In this document: positions 9,227 to 18,399 of the stretch, in pieces
Layout of the letters: each line of letters opens with the position of its first letter
Numbering within the stretch: position 1 is the stretch's first letter
From: Melioribacteraceae bacterium
Lineage (GTDB): Bacteria; Bacteroidota; Ignavibacteria; Ignavibacteriales; Melioribacteraceae
NCBI GenBank assembly: GCA_041675645.1
Contig: JBAYTN010000001.1
Span: forward strand, 145,061 to 209,060
Length of the DNA stretch: 64,000 bases
Direction of reading: 5' to 3'
The notes under the pieces: model-generated
Told to the model about the DNA's origin: nothing
Database searches by the model: none
Seen by the model: the letters and a program-made list of their open reading frames with translations, nothing else
Program-made: the position numbers and the translations under genes

Positions 9227-12200
9227 TTTATTCCTTTGATAGCTTCTTCTATAGCTTTATCCAATTGAGGATCTTTTTTCTCTAGTCTGTCTTTGAATGT
9301 TGTCTTAACGTAGATATCCGGCTTAACACCTTCAATCTCCAAATCCTTTCCATCAAGTGTATAACAGCCCCAAGATGGTAGTCTGTAGAAAGAACCATCA
9401 ACCAGACCTTTTCCGGAAGTAAAGATAATCCATCGGTAGCTTTCCGTACCAATAATTTTTCCAAGACCAAGCTGCTTAAATCCTTGCGATGTCATCTCTG
9501 CATCGCTTAGTGTTTGTTCGTTGATAAGAATAACTATTGGTTTGGCTGCCGGCGCAAAGTTAGGCTGAATTGTTAAAGCTCCGCCTCTGTATTTCCATTG
9601 CAAATAGGGGCGCTGACTTAGGAATTGAAGAACTGCATCGTGTACGTTACCGCCGGTGTTGAAACGAAGATCGTAAATCAATCCTTCTTTATAGTGAAAT
9701 TCATTCGTCATTTCAATCAAGAAATTCTCAAGTTCTCCGTCCCCCATGTTTTTCATGTGTACGTAAGCAATTTTGTTGTTCGATTTTTCATCAACATACT
9801 TTTGGTTTAGCTCAACCCACTCATCATACAAATTGGTTTTTAATTCGCCATAGCTTTGCGGATGAATCTTCACGTTCACATTCTCACTTCCCCGTTTTAA
9901 TCCAAGGGTAATTTCTTCCGGTTGAGAAGTTGTTAAGAAATATTTATTCCGGTTAGCTTCCTTGTTAACCATAGTTCCGTTAATAGAAACAAGCTCATCG
10001 CCCGGAAGAATTGCATTTCCTTTTTTCCATGCTGCAGAGCTCTTGAGAATTGATTTAACTTTGTACGGATTCTCATCATCAAATACGATTCCGGTTTCCA
10101 TAGACTCGGTTTTGTAGAATACTTTCTCTTCATCGCCGTTGGAGTTAAAGCCAAGATGAGAGGAGTTTAACTCACCGAGCATATCATTCAACAGCAAGCG
10201 CAAGTTGGCGCGAGATTTTACATAAGGCAAAAATGTTGAGTAATATTTTCCAAGTTTCTGCCAATCGGCTCCGTGGAATTTGTCATCATAAAAATTCTCT
10301 TCGAGGTTCGCCCAAGTTTCATAAAACATTTGATTGAATTCGGCGGAAAGATTTCTTGTGAACTTAGCTTCCGTTTCAACGGCGGTTAGTTTGCTTCCGG
10401 CTAAATCGATTTTATAAATTTTGCTGCCGGAGAGTAAATAATAATTGTCTTTCCCTTTGGTGATTTGATATCCGCTAACTTTAGCACCTTCAAACTTTTT
10501 TGTTTCCGGTTTATCAAAAGGTTTTAAAATTAACTGATAAAAATTATTTCCCTCTCCTTCATGATTAGAAGTAAATAGCAATCTTGTTTCATCCCCTTTT
10601 TGATAAATAAATGGCTGACCTTGCGATCCGCTAAGTTTAACAGTGCTTTCCCAGCGGTCTTTCAATCCAGCAAAATCAATTTCCACTTTTACTTTGGAGG
10701 AATCTTTCTTTTCGGGCAAAAACAACTTATCAAAACGGTCAGACTTAAATTCCCTATCAATTGGTTGAAGCGCTATTCTGTAAATATCATCATTTCGTGT
10801 TCCACGCGGATAACTTGGCGTTAATCTATCTGTTGAAAAATAAATGTATTTACCATCCGACGACCATGTTGGCGAACCTTCAGAAACTCCGGTCTTGGTA
10901 ATCTCGTAAGATTTTTCAGTTTTGAAATCGTAAGCAAAAATATCTGATTCAAAATTTCTCTGAGCTGTATAAGCTAAAAATCTATCGTCTGGAGAAAAGC
11001 TTGGATCGCCCGGATTGAGAGCCCAGAATTCATCCTTCACAATTGTTTTTGATTCCAGCGATTTTGAATCGAGAACCCGTAGCTCATTTCTTCCGCTGAA
11101 GTAAGCCACTTTACTTCTGTCGTTGCTAATTACAATTGATTGATTGTTCTGTTCATCTTTTGTCAATTGCTTCTTTTCACCTTTACCGTCAGCTTTAATT
11201 GTAAATAGATTTAACCAGCCGTTTACTGTTTGATTAAAAATGATTGTATCATTATTCAGCCAAAGAACTTCAATAATACGTTCAGCCGGATTTGTATTGA
11301 TCTGTTTTACAAACTTTCCTTCAACATCGGAAACAAACAACTCGCCTCTGGAAACAAACACAAATTTTTTTCCATCCGGCGAGGCGGCAAAATTAGTAAC
11401 CGCGCCTTTGGTATTGTACTCTTGTGAGTTAGTTAGTTTGTAATTACTTATTAACGAAACCGGAACTTTGTCAGACTTTCCAACTTTTACATCGTAAACA
11501 TAAAGCTGGTAATCTTTTTCGAAGACAACTTTTTCGCCATTAGCACTGACCTTCGGTTTCTTAATTGATGAATCAAATTTTGTGAGCTGTTTCTTCTTTC
11601 CATTTTCAAATGTAAAGAGGTTGTATTCGTCTGTTCCTTCGTCGCTGGCAAAGAATATCTTACTATTTTTATCAATTGACTGCCAAAAATCTTTGCCGTG
11701 ATAATCTGTAAGAAGTTTATATTCTTTTGTTGACGGGTTGTAATATTTTACATCGGGATTGAAATCACCTTTGTAGCGTTTTCTGTTCGCTTGGCTCCAG
11801 CTTTCCCAAGTATCGTTAAAGTAGAAGCCTTTGCTGATTGGATCTTCAATTAGGTTGTGTGGCCAGTTAAAAAAGTTATCGAATAATCGTACCGGCGTTT
11901 CTCCACCTAAACTAACTTTGAAAGCTGTTACAGAATTAAATCTATCTGAAGCGAAGTAAATAAATTTGGAATCCCACGACCACGATTCAACTAAATCATT
12001 TGAGCTGTGAAAAGTAAGTTGCTTGATCACTCCGCCTTGTACCGGAATTACATAAACATTGTTATTCCCATCTTGATTGCTAGTGAATGCAATCCATTTT
12101 CCATCCGGAGAATAAACCGGGCGGGTTTCATTCCCATCCATAGCTGTTAAGCGCAAAGCTTTTCCGCCATTAGAACCTACAGTCCATAAATCTCCCTCGT

Positions 12201-12318
12201 AAGAAAACACTATTGTATTAGCATCCGGAGAAAGTGCCGGATCGCTTAAAAAGTATTCTTGGGTTTGAGCATTAAGCTGTAAAAACAAAGCAAGAGAAAG
12301 CAGTATTACTTTTTTCAT
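9223..12318 (-). CDS. tricorn protease homologue (S41 family, beta-propeller + PDZ + C-terminal peptidase)
   Basis: 1031 aa with signal peptide. TolB-like WD40 repeats (YSPDGKWIAFTS, FSPDDRFLAYT) are followed by a PDZ-like region and a C-terminal S41 peptidase core. Size and architecture are typical of tricorn protease. Confidence 0.8.
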   Translation of the reverse strand: MKKVILLSLALFLQLNAQTQEYFLSDPALSPDANTIVFSYEGDLWTVGSNGGKALRLTAMDGNETRPVYSPDGKWIAFTSNQDGNNNVYVIPVQGGVIKQLTFHSSNDLVESWSWDSKFIYFASDRFNSVTAFKVSLGGETPVRLFDNFFNWPHNLIEDPISKGFYFNDTWESWSQANRKRYKGDFNPDVKYYNPSTKEYKLLTDYHGKDFWQSIDKNSKIFFASDEGTDEYNLFTFENGKKKQLTKFDSSIKKPKVSANGEKVVFEKDYQLYVYDVKVGKSDKVPVSLISNYKLTNSQEYNTKGAVTNFAASPDGKKFVFVSRGELFVSDVEGKFVKQINTNPAERIIEVLWLNNDTIIFNQTVNGWLNLFTIKADGKGEKKQLTKDEQNNQSIVISNDRSKVAYFSGRNELRVLDSKSLESKTIVKDEFWALNPGDPSFSPDDRFLAYTAQRNFESDIFAYDFKTEKSYEITKTGVSEGSPTWSSDGKYIYFSTDRLTPSYPRGTRNDDIYRIALQPIDREFKSDRFDKLFLPEKKDSSKVKVEIDFAGLKDRWESTVKLSGSQGQPFIYQKGDETRLLFTSNHEGEGNNFYQLILKPFDKPETKKFEGAKVSGYQITKGKDNYYLLSGSKIYKIDLAGSKLTAVETEAKFTRNLSAEFNQMFYETWANLEENFYDDKFHGADWQKLGKYYSTFLPYVKSRANLRLLLNDMLGELNSSHLGFNSNGDEEKVFYKTESMETGIVFDDENPYKVKSILKSSAAWKKGNAILPGDELVSINGTMVNKEANRNKYFLTTSQPEEITLGLKRGSENVNVKIHPQSYGELKTNLYDEWVELNQKYVDEKSNNKIAYVHMKNMGDGELENFLIEMTNEFHYKEGLIYDLRFNTGGNVHDAVLQFLSQRPYLQWKYRGGALTIQPNFAPAAKPIVILINEQTLSDAEMTSQGFKQLGLGKIIGTESYRWIIFTSGKGLVDGSFYRLPSWGCYTLDGKDLEIEGVKPDIYVKTTFKDRLEKKDPQLDKAIEEAIKGIK

Positions 12319-12698
12319 ATGCGGCCTTCAGTTTAAATTTACGGTTGTGAATCTATCTTATTTCTTTCAATTAAGAAATGAAAAATTCTTTGTAATTTTT
12401 GAACAACAAATTTTAGTGCGAATGCAAAACCATAACAACTTCTCAAAACAAGCATGTTCGTGCGGAAACGATAAATCAAGTTCACAAATTCAGCATACGT
12501 GTGAGTACTCGGGTTTCGGGCAAATTCTCTATTGGATTGGAATTAGCGCGATTCCGGTACGTGTAAATTTTATTTGTTCTAAGTGCGGGGAAGTTGTCGA
12601 ATCGACCAATGACCCTAACATATTAAAGCAATTCGTGGGTCGTTAAGAACAAAATTATAAATCATTTATTCATTGAATAAATATTAATCGGAGGCTGT

Positions 12699-13889
12699 AT
12701 GCCCAACCAAATGATTCTAGAAAAGATTGAACAAGCCGTAAAAATTCTTGAAGAAAAAAATATTGATATGTGGATGACTTACGTTCGCGAAACCGGAAAC
12801 ATGAAAGACCCGATGCTGGATATGATTGTTGGAACCGGCGCTACATGGCAATCCGCATTCATAATTACGAAAAGCGGCAACACGCACGCTGTAATAGGCT
12901 CTCTTGAATATGAAAACATGAAAACAGTTGGAACATACAAAAACATTCACCCTTACCTAAAGTTTGTAAAGGATGATCTTCTTAAAGTTTTGGATATGTA
13001 TAAGCCAAAGAAAATCGCTATTAATTACTCTCGTAACTCCACGCTAGCAGATGGCTTACCGCATGGATTATACCTCGAACTTTTGGATCATCTTAAAGAT
13101 ACTCCTTATTCACATGCTTTAGTTTCATCTGAAGAGATAGTTGCTGCGCTTAAAGGAAGAAAATCTGCTAGCGAATTAGCCAATATGAAAGAAGCTATCA
13201 ATGAAACTCTCAAAATCTTTGGAGAAGTAACTAAGTTTCTTAAAGCTGGCGTAACGGAAAAACAAGTAGCCGATTTTGTGCTTGATCTAGTAAAACAGCG
13301 CGGATTCGAAACCGCTTGGGATGTTGAACATTGTCCGGCTGTTTTTTCCGGTCCAGATACAGCCGGTGCGCATTCCGGTCCAACCGATAGAGTTGTTCAA
13401 TATGGACACGTTGTAAATATGGATTTCGGTATTAAGATTAATGGCTATTGTGCCGATCTGCAGCGTACTTGGTACATTTGCCATCCGCACGAAGATAAAG
13501 CTCCGATGGAAGTTCAGCGCGGATTCGATGTAATTGTAGAATCAATTTCCAAAGCAGCTGCCGAATTAAAACCGGGCAAACAAGGCTGGGAAATTGATCA
13601 GGCCGCTCGTCACTATATTCAAGTAAAAGGATATGATGAGTATCCGCATGGCCTCGGTCATCAAGTTGGAAGATTTGCACACGATGGTGGCTGTCTGCTT
13701 GGACCAAAATGGGAACGTTATAACAATTCTCCCTATCTGCAAGTAGAAGAAGGAAACATATTTACACTTGAGCCGCGTTTGACAGTAAAGGAATATGGAA
13801 TAGCAACAGTTGAAGAAGAAGTATTAATAACTAAAGACGGCTGCGAGTTTCTTTCTGAAAGACAGAAAGAGCTTTATTTGATTAAATAG
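12699..13889 (+). CDS. M24 family metallopeptidase (Xaa-Pro aminopeptidase/prolidase-like)
   Basis: Creatinase-like N-terminal domain and M24 core with the HGLGHQVG metal-binding segment. Confidence 0.8.
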   Translation: MPNQMILEKIEQAVKILEEKNIDMWMTYVRETGNMKDPMLDMIVGTGATWQSAFIITKSGNTHAVIGSLEYENMKTVGTYKNIHPYLKFVKDDLLKVLDMYKPKKIAINYSRNSTLADGLPHGLYLELLDHLKDTPYSHALVSSEEIVAALKGRKSASELANMKEAINETLKIFGEVTKFLKAGVTEKQVADFVLDLVKQRGFETAWDVEHCPAVFSGPDTAGAHSGPTDRVVQYGHVVNMDFGIKINGYCADLQRTWYICHPHEDKAPMEVQRGFDVIVESISKAAAELKPGKQGWEIDQAARHYIQVKGYDEYPHGLGHQVGRFAHDGGCLLGPKWERYNNSPYLQVEEGNIFTLEPRLTVKEYGIATVEEEVLITKDGCEFLSERQKELYLIK

Positions 13890-13903
13890 AAGAAGTGTTT
13901 TTA

Positions 13904-14063
13904 CAAATGAAAAAGAGGCTGTCGCAAAAGGTGAAAAAGTCATTTCGAGCTTGCCCCGCGTTTTTTGCGGGATGTATTCGAGAAATGAGAATTTTCGATT
14001 AATTCACACTTCGACTCCGCTCAGTGTGACTCTGAAAATGGCTTTTGAGACAACCTCTTTTTT
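13904..14063. terminator. structured spacer, probable bidirectional terminator between the convergent M24 peptidase and GH13 genes
   Basis: Nested inverted repeats: aaaaagaggctgtc (13910) pairs with gacaacctctttttt (14049). An inner hairpin ccccgcg-ttttttg-cgggatg and the palindrome cacact...agtgtg are also present. Confidence 0.45.
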
Positions 14064-14067
14064 GCTA

Positions 14068-16431
14068 TTACTGTAGTTTTACAAATTTATAACCTACTGA
14101 ATTCATTTCAATCGGTAAAACATTTCCGGTAACACCTATTTTCTGATTCGTTAGCAAATCCACAGCTTCACCAACCTTATAGCTAGACGGAAGTGTAAAA
14201 TTAACTTTAGCTGGCTCATCAGATTTGTTGAGCACAACAAGAATTCTTTCGTTAAAGTTCGAGCGGATGAACGCGTAAATATTTGGATCGGCTTGCAGAG
14301 TTAAGAAATCTCCACCACTTAGCGCTGAATGATTTTTGCGAAGACTAATTATTTGTCGAACATCTCTAAGCATTTGTTTTTCATCTTTACTGAGCTCAAC
14401 ATCAAATTTCATCATTCTCCGGTTATCCGGATCGGAAGCACCGGTCATTCCAAATTCGCTTCCATAATAAATTACCGGCAGTCCGGGAATTGCATTCATG
14501 TAAGCATAATATAATTTGGCTTTGTTATAGCTTTTAGGGTTATCAACTTTAGGCGGAGTGTTCCATCCCTCTTCAATTGCGCTCCACTGTGTTACTTCTA
14601 AATCACCATCAGCAAAAGCCATAAAACGATTTTTATCATGGCTATCCATGATATTTCCCATCAAATTATTTTCTCCGTATACGAGAAACGATTTTTTCAT
14701 CTCTGCGTCGAGAGTTTTGAATGACATTTTTTTATCTAGAAAAGTGGGAAGAGCCGCATCATAGAGATTAAAATTAAACTGTGCGGATAACTGTCCATTA
14801 TTCACATAAGAACTGATTAATTCGTAGCTGCCGAATGTTTCGCCAATTTGGTAAACTATTTTCTTTTGTGGGATCTCGATTTCAGTTTTGATCTTACGCG
14901 TGAGTGTGCGCCAAAAATCATTGGAAATATGCTTAACAGCATCTTGCCTAAATCCATCCGCACCGGTTTGCTTTAGCCACCAGATAGCATTATCGGCTTG
15001 GTAGTTTATAACTTCTTTGGAGCCGACATAATTAAATTTAGGAAGATACGGCTCGAACCAAGTTGTTAACCGGTATTCATCCCACAACCTTAAATTTTTT
15101 CTTCCATCCGGCAAGTTGAGTTCACCAAACCATCCCGGATGCTGCTTGAATAGCGGATGAGTTTCATGCACATGGTTTGCAACTATATCTAATAAAATTT
15201 TAATCCCATGTTTGTGTGCGGTCTTAACAAGTTCTTTAAGCTTCTGAAGCGTTCCGAATTTCTCTTCTACTTCGAAAGAGCTAACCGGCCAGTAACCATG
15301 ATAGCCGCTAAACCATCTATGAGGTGCGGGAGATTCGCTATAAGCTTTGTTTGGATTATTGTAAACCGGTGAAATCCAGATTGTGTTGATTCCAAGCGAA
15401 TCGAAGTAGCCTTCGTTCAATTTATTAACTATTCCTTGAAAATCTCCTCCCATGTAATTGGCTTTTTCGAACAGAGAATCTTGAACGATAGGATTGTTGA
15501 GCGATTTATCCCCATCGTTAAACCGGTCTATAAGCAGAGAATAAATTATACTATTGTGCCAATCTGATTTATTTTCTCCTAGAAACACTGATTGAATATT
15601 AGTTGTTCTGCCATTCTTATTTACGGCAACGCGTAATAAATTATTGCCACTCAATTCATTCTTTGAAAGAGCAACACCTACAATACCATTGTTAATACTG
15701 ATTTTTTTATCGTCAACTTTTTGGTTATTAATTAAGGCAACAATGTTTGATTTAGAAATATTGTTTCCATCTTTTTCATTATCATAATAAAACTTAAAGG
15801 TGGTTTGATAATTCGAAACCTCCTTTCCTTCTACGTGAAGAAAAAGCTTACCTAGATTTGGCTCGGCAACACTGAACAAAGAATTGAAGTCTCCGGCACC
15901 GTTAGATTTCTTTTCCGGATTATTCGGGTCAACAAGTTCTTCTCCATCGCCAAAAAATTTATATTCATATCTGCCCGGCTCAAGAGCAACTTCGGCTTCA
16001 AATATTCCATCACCATTTTCATCCTTCATTGGTAAATTGCCACGGTCCCAACCGTTAAAACTTCCAAACAGAGTCAGCTTTTTGAATTGCTTCGCTGGTT
16101 TGTAGGAAAATTTATACTTTTGCTGAATTCTGGATCGAACCGGAATTGAATAAATTTGTTTACCTAGTGTGAAATCCACCAAAGTGATTCCGGAAAAATC
16201 CATGTTTGGCGTAAAGCGAACCACACCAGATTTCTTATCATAACTTACGTTTACATCCTTGCTTTGCTTAAAAGCAGCATTATAGTTCTTTGCAAAGAAC
16301 ATATCGCTTATTAGCATAGAATCTGTTTTGCCAGCGATTAAGTTTACCGGTTTAATTACATCTGTGATTTTAGTTTGAGCATTTAAGGAAACAGAAACAA
16401 ATAAAACAATTATGAACGCAAGTTTGCGCAT
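14068..16431 (-). CDS. secreted GH13 alpha-amylase family glycoside hydrolase with N-terminal accessory domains
   Basis: 787 aa with signal peptide. GH13 catalytic regions LLDIVANHV and GFRQDAVKHI (region II with catalytic Asp), and EVINYQADN-type conserved regions. Confidence 0.8.
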   Translation of the reverse strand: MRKLAFIIVLFVSVSLNAQTKITDVIKPVNLIAGKTDSMLISDMFFAKNYNAAFKQSKDVNVSYDKKSGVVRFTPNMDFSGITLVDFTLGKQIYSIPVRSRIQQKYKFSYKPAKQFKKLTLFGSFNGWDRGNLPMKDENGDGIFEAEVALEPGRYEYKFFGDGEELVDPNNPEKKSNGAGDFNSLFSVAEPNLGKLFLHVEGKEVSNYQTTFKFYYDNEKDGNNISKSNIVALINNQKVDDKKISINNGIVGVALSKNELSGNNLLRVAVNKNGRTTNIQSVFLGENKSDWHNSIIYSLLIDRFNDGDKSLNNPIVQDSLFEKANYMGGDFQGIVNKLNEGYFDSLGINTIWISPVYNNPNKAYSESPAPHRWFSGYHGYWPVSSFEVEEKFGTLQKLKELVKTAHKHGIKILLDIVANHVHETHPLFKQHPGWFGELNLPDGRKNLRLWDEYRLTTWFEPYLPKFNYVGSKEVINYQADNAIWWLKQTGADGFRQDAVKHISNDFWRTLTRKIKTEIEIPQKKIVYQIGETFGSYELISSYVNNGQLSAQFNFNLYDAALPTFLDKKMSFKTLDAEMKKSFLVYGENNLMGNIMDSHDKNRFMAFADGDLEVTQWSAIEEGWNTPPKVDNPKSYNKAKLYYAYMNAIPGLPVIYYGSEFGMTGASDPDNRRMMKFDVELSKDEKQMLRDVRQIISLRKNHSALSGGDFLTLQADPNIYAFIRSNFNERILVVLNKSDEPAKVNFTLPSSYKVGEAVDLLTNQKIGVTGNVLPIEMNSVGYKFVKLQ

Positions 16432-16505
16432 TCATCACTCCATAAAATTTTGTTAATCGAAAAATAATTAAATATGATCGTAAAGTGAGTGTAAAAGAGG
16501 AGGTG

Positions 16506-17150
16506 CTACTGTTGTTTTGTTGCGGAGATATATTCATCCAAGACATCTAAAGAAGGAAGGTATTTTACATTTGGATAATTTTTCAGAGAATCGGCTATAC
16601 CTTCTGCTAGTGCTTGTCCGCCAACAAGGACTGTCAGATTAGGAAAATCTTGATTAATTGAGTTAAGTAAATTTACCAAGCGTGTAAAGTTGAGATAGAA
16701 ATTATTAGATATTCCCACAATATCGGGCTGCTTTTCCCGTATTGTTTTAAGTACTTCTTTTTGAGGAGTGTTGGAACCGATAAAATATACTTTGTAGCCG
16801 TGGGTCTCAAAATAACCAGCGACCATCCTAGCTCCAATCTCATGAAACTCTTTATCAATACATGTGATTACTACACTTTTACCGGGGGTTTCTTTTGCCG
16901 AATAACTAGCTGTAACAAAATCAATAAGCCCTTCGGTTATCTTAGTTGCTATATGCTCATCCGAAATTGAACAACGCTCATTTTCCCACATCTGTCCCAC
17001 TCTATACATTGAACGCTGAAAGAGTTTCATAAAAATCTCTCGGGGACTGACTTTCTCATCTATAAGTCGGGAAACTATTTGATAGCACTGTTTCTTGTCG
17101 CCGTCCAATAAGGCATTTAGATAATGTAGGTAAACTGCTTCGGAAATCAT
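16506..17150 (-). CDS. stand-alone cobalamin (B12)-binding domain protein (helical bundle + Rossmann B12-binding module)
   Basis: 214 aa. An N-terminal helical region is followed by a B12-binding Rossmann segment (VVITCIDKEFHEIGARMVAGYF...VYFIG...DIVGIS). The organisation is like the CarH/MerR-family B12 photosensory module without a DNA-binding domain. Confidence 0.6.
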   Translation of the reverse strand: MISEAVYLHYLNALLDGDKKQCYQIVSRLIDEKVSPREIFMKLFQRSMYRVGQMWENERCSISDEHIATKITEGLIDFVTASYSAKETPGKSVVITCIDKEFHEIGARMVAGYFETHGYKVYFIGSNTPQKEVLKTIREKQPDIVGISNNFYLNFTRLVNLLNSINQDFPNLTVLVGGQALAEGIADSLKNYPNVKYLPSLDVLDEYISATKQQ

Positions 17151-17208
17151 TCTGATTTTAGTTTATTTGTCATGAAGACTAAACGATTCCAAGGTGAAAA
17201 TAATTCCC

Positions 17209-17868
17209 CTAAATAGATTTTTTTTTGTTTTTATTTATCAGTCGAGAAATACGGTAGCCGGCATAAGCAATAAAGGGAGCAATTATAACATCAACTGTAT
17301 AGTGAACGTGTTGGGCTAATACAGCGACGGCAACAAGAATTGTAGAGACAACCAAAATTCCTTTCAGAATTTTATTCTTGGCGACAAGAGCTAAGAGGAA
17401 CATAGTTGCCGTATGACCGGAAAAGAAAAGATCCCGAAGAAGCGTTTGTCCTCCGCCAAAGAATTCAACAAAAGGATCTTTCATTGGAATGATATCCGGC
17501 GGGGCATTAAAGGGAAGAAAATAAATTGTTATTAATCTTAGCGATGCAACTAATGTATAAGATTGAAAAGCAATTAGAATTCTTCTAGGATACTTTGCCA
17601 GAGATGCCAAGCCTACAAGTAGTGCACCGTAGATTAGTATAAAAGTAATCCAAGTCAGATCAATTGGAGTAAATGTTTTTAGCAAAGGATCGTCCAAAGT
17701 AAAACCGGGACGCGTTTCATTATATGGCAAAAAACTAGCTAGAAAAAAAAGAGCTATGGCAAGAAGCAGAACAGATATAATCATCTTGGTACGGAATGCT
17801 TTATCAAGCAGAGCCGGCTTCCAAGCCTCATTAATTTCCTTAAAGTGTTGTACGGTTTTCATTTTCAT
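17209..17868 (-). CDS. PAP2 superfamily membrane protein (sphingomyelin-synthase-like SGHT...HYTVD motifs)
   Basis: 219 aa, multi-pass membrane protein with FFSGHTAT and HVHYTVDVI motifs characteristic of the PAP2/SMS-like phosphotransferase family. Confidence 0.55.
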   Translation of the reverse strand: MKMKTVQHFKEINEAWKPALLDKAFRTKMIISVLLLAIALFFLASFLPYNETRPGFTLDDPLLKTFTPIDLTWITFILIYGALLVGLASLAKYPRRILIAFQSYTLVASLRLITIYFLPFNAPPDIIPMKDPFVEFFGGGQTLLRDLFFSGHTATMFLLALVAKNKILKGILVVSTILVAVAVLAQHVHYTVDVIIAPFIAYAGYRISRLINKNKKKSI

Positions 17869-17923
17869 TTATTAAAATTGCGTCGAAAGATAAAAACCGC
17901 ACATCATATAGCAAAACAAAAGA

Positions 17924-18391
17924 TTACTTTTCAAGCTTACCAAATATTTTCTTTAAGAAACCCATAAAGCGATGAAACGGATCGGCATCTTTGATGAACA
18001 TCATAGGGCAACCGCTGTGAATAACTGTTAACCCGTTCTCCTCACCTAACCGCGCCGCTTCTTTGTTATAGCTTCCGTTTCCCATTCCTTGATGAAACCA
18101 AACTCTTTTAACGCCATTTGCTATGCACTGCTTTACAACTTCATAAGCCGCAGTAGGATTTGTAGTTATTAAAATCGCGTCAATTTTTTCCGGTACCGAA
18201 GCCAAATCTTTGTAGCACTTATCTCCCTCAATCATCTCCGCATTCGGATTGATTGGATAAACAGTATAGCCGGCTTCTTTGAATTTCTTATAGATGGCAT
18301 TTCCAACTTTAGCTTTTGGAGTTCTTGAAACTCCGGCAAACGCAATTCTTTTCTGAGAAAGAAAATCGTCAACCTTTTCTTTGTACTTCAT
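17924..18391 (-). CDS. CoA-binding domain protein (YccU-like)
   Basis: 155 aa. The N-terminal part matches the CoA-binding Rossmann domain (KRIAFAGVSRTPKAKVGNAIYKKFKEAGYTVYPINP). It starts 9 nt downstream of the giant gene's stop. Confidence 0.65.
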   Translation of the reverse strand: MKYKEKVDDFLSQKRIAFAGVSRTPKAKVGNAIYKKFKEAGYTVYPINPNAEMIEGDKCYKDLASVPEKIDAILITTNPTAAYEVVKQCIANGVKRVWFHQGMGNGSYNKEAARLGEENGLTVIHSGCPMMFIKDADPFHRFMGFLKKIFGKLEK

Positions 18392-18399
18392 TTCAGCTC

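Noticed and set aside
12347-12646. 99-codon GTG ORF in the tricorn/M24 intergenic region as a confident CDS
   Set aside because: It has a GTG start, poor composition and no recognisable family. It is kept only as a low-interest observation.
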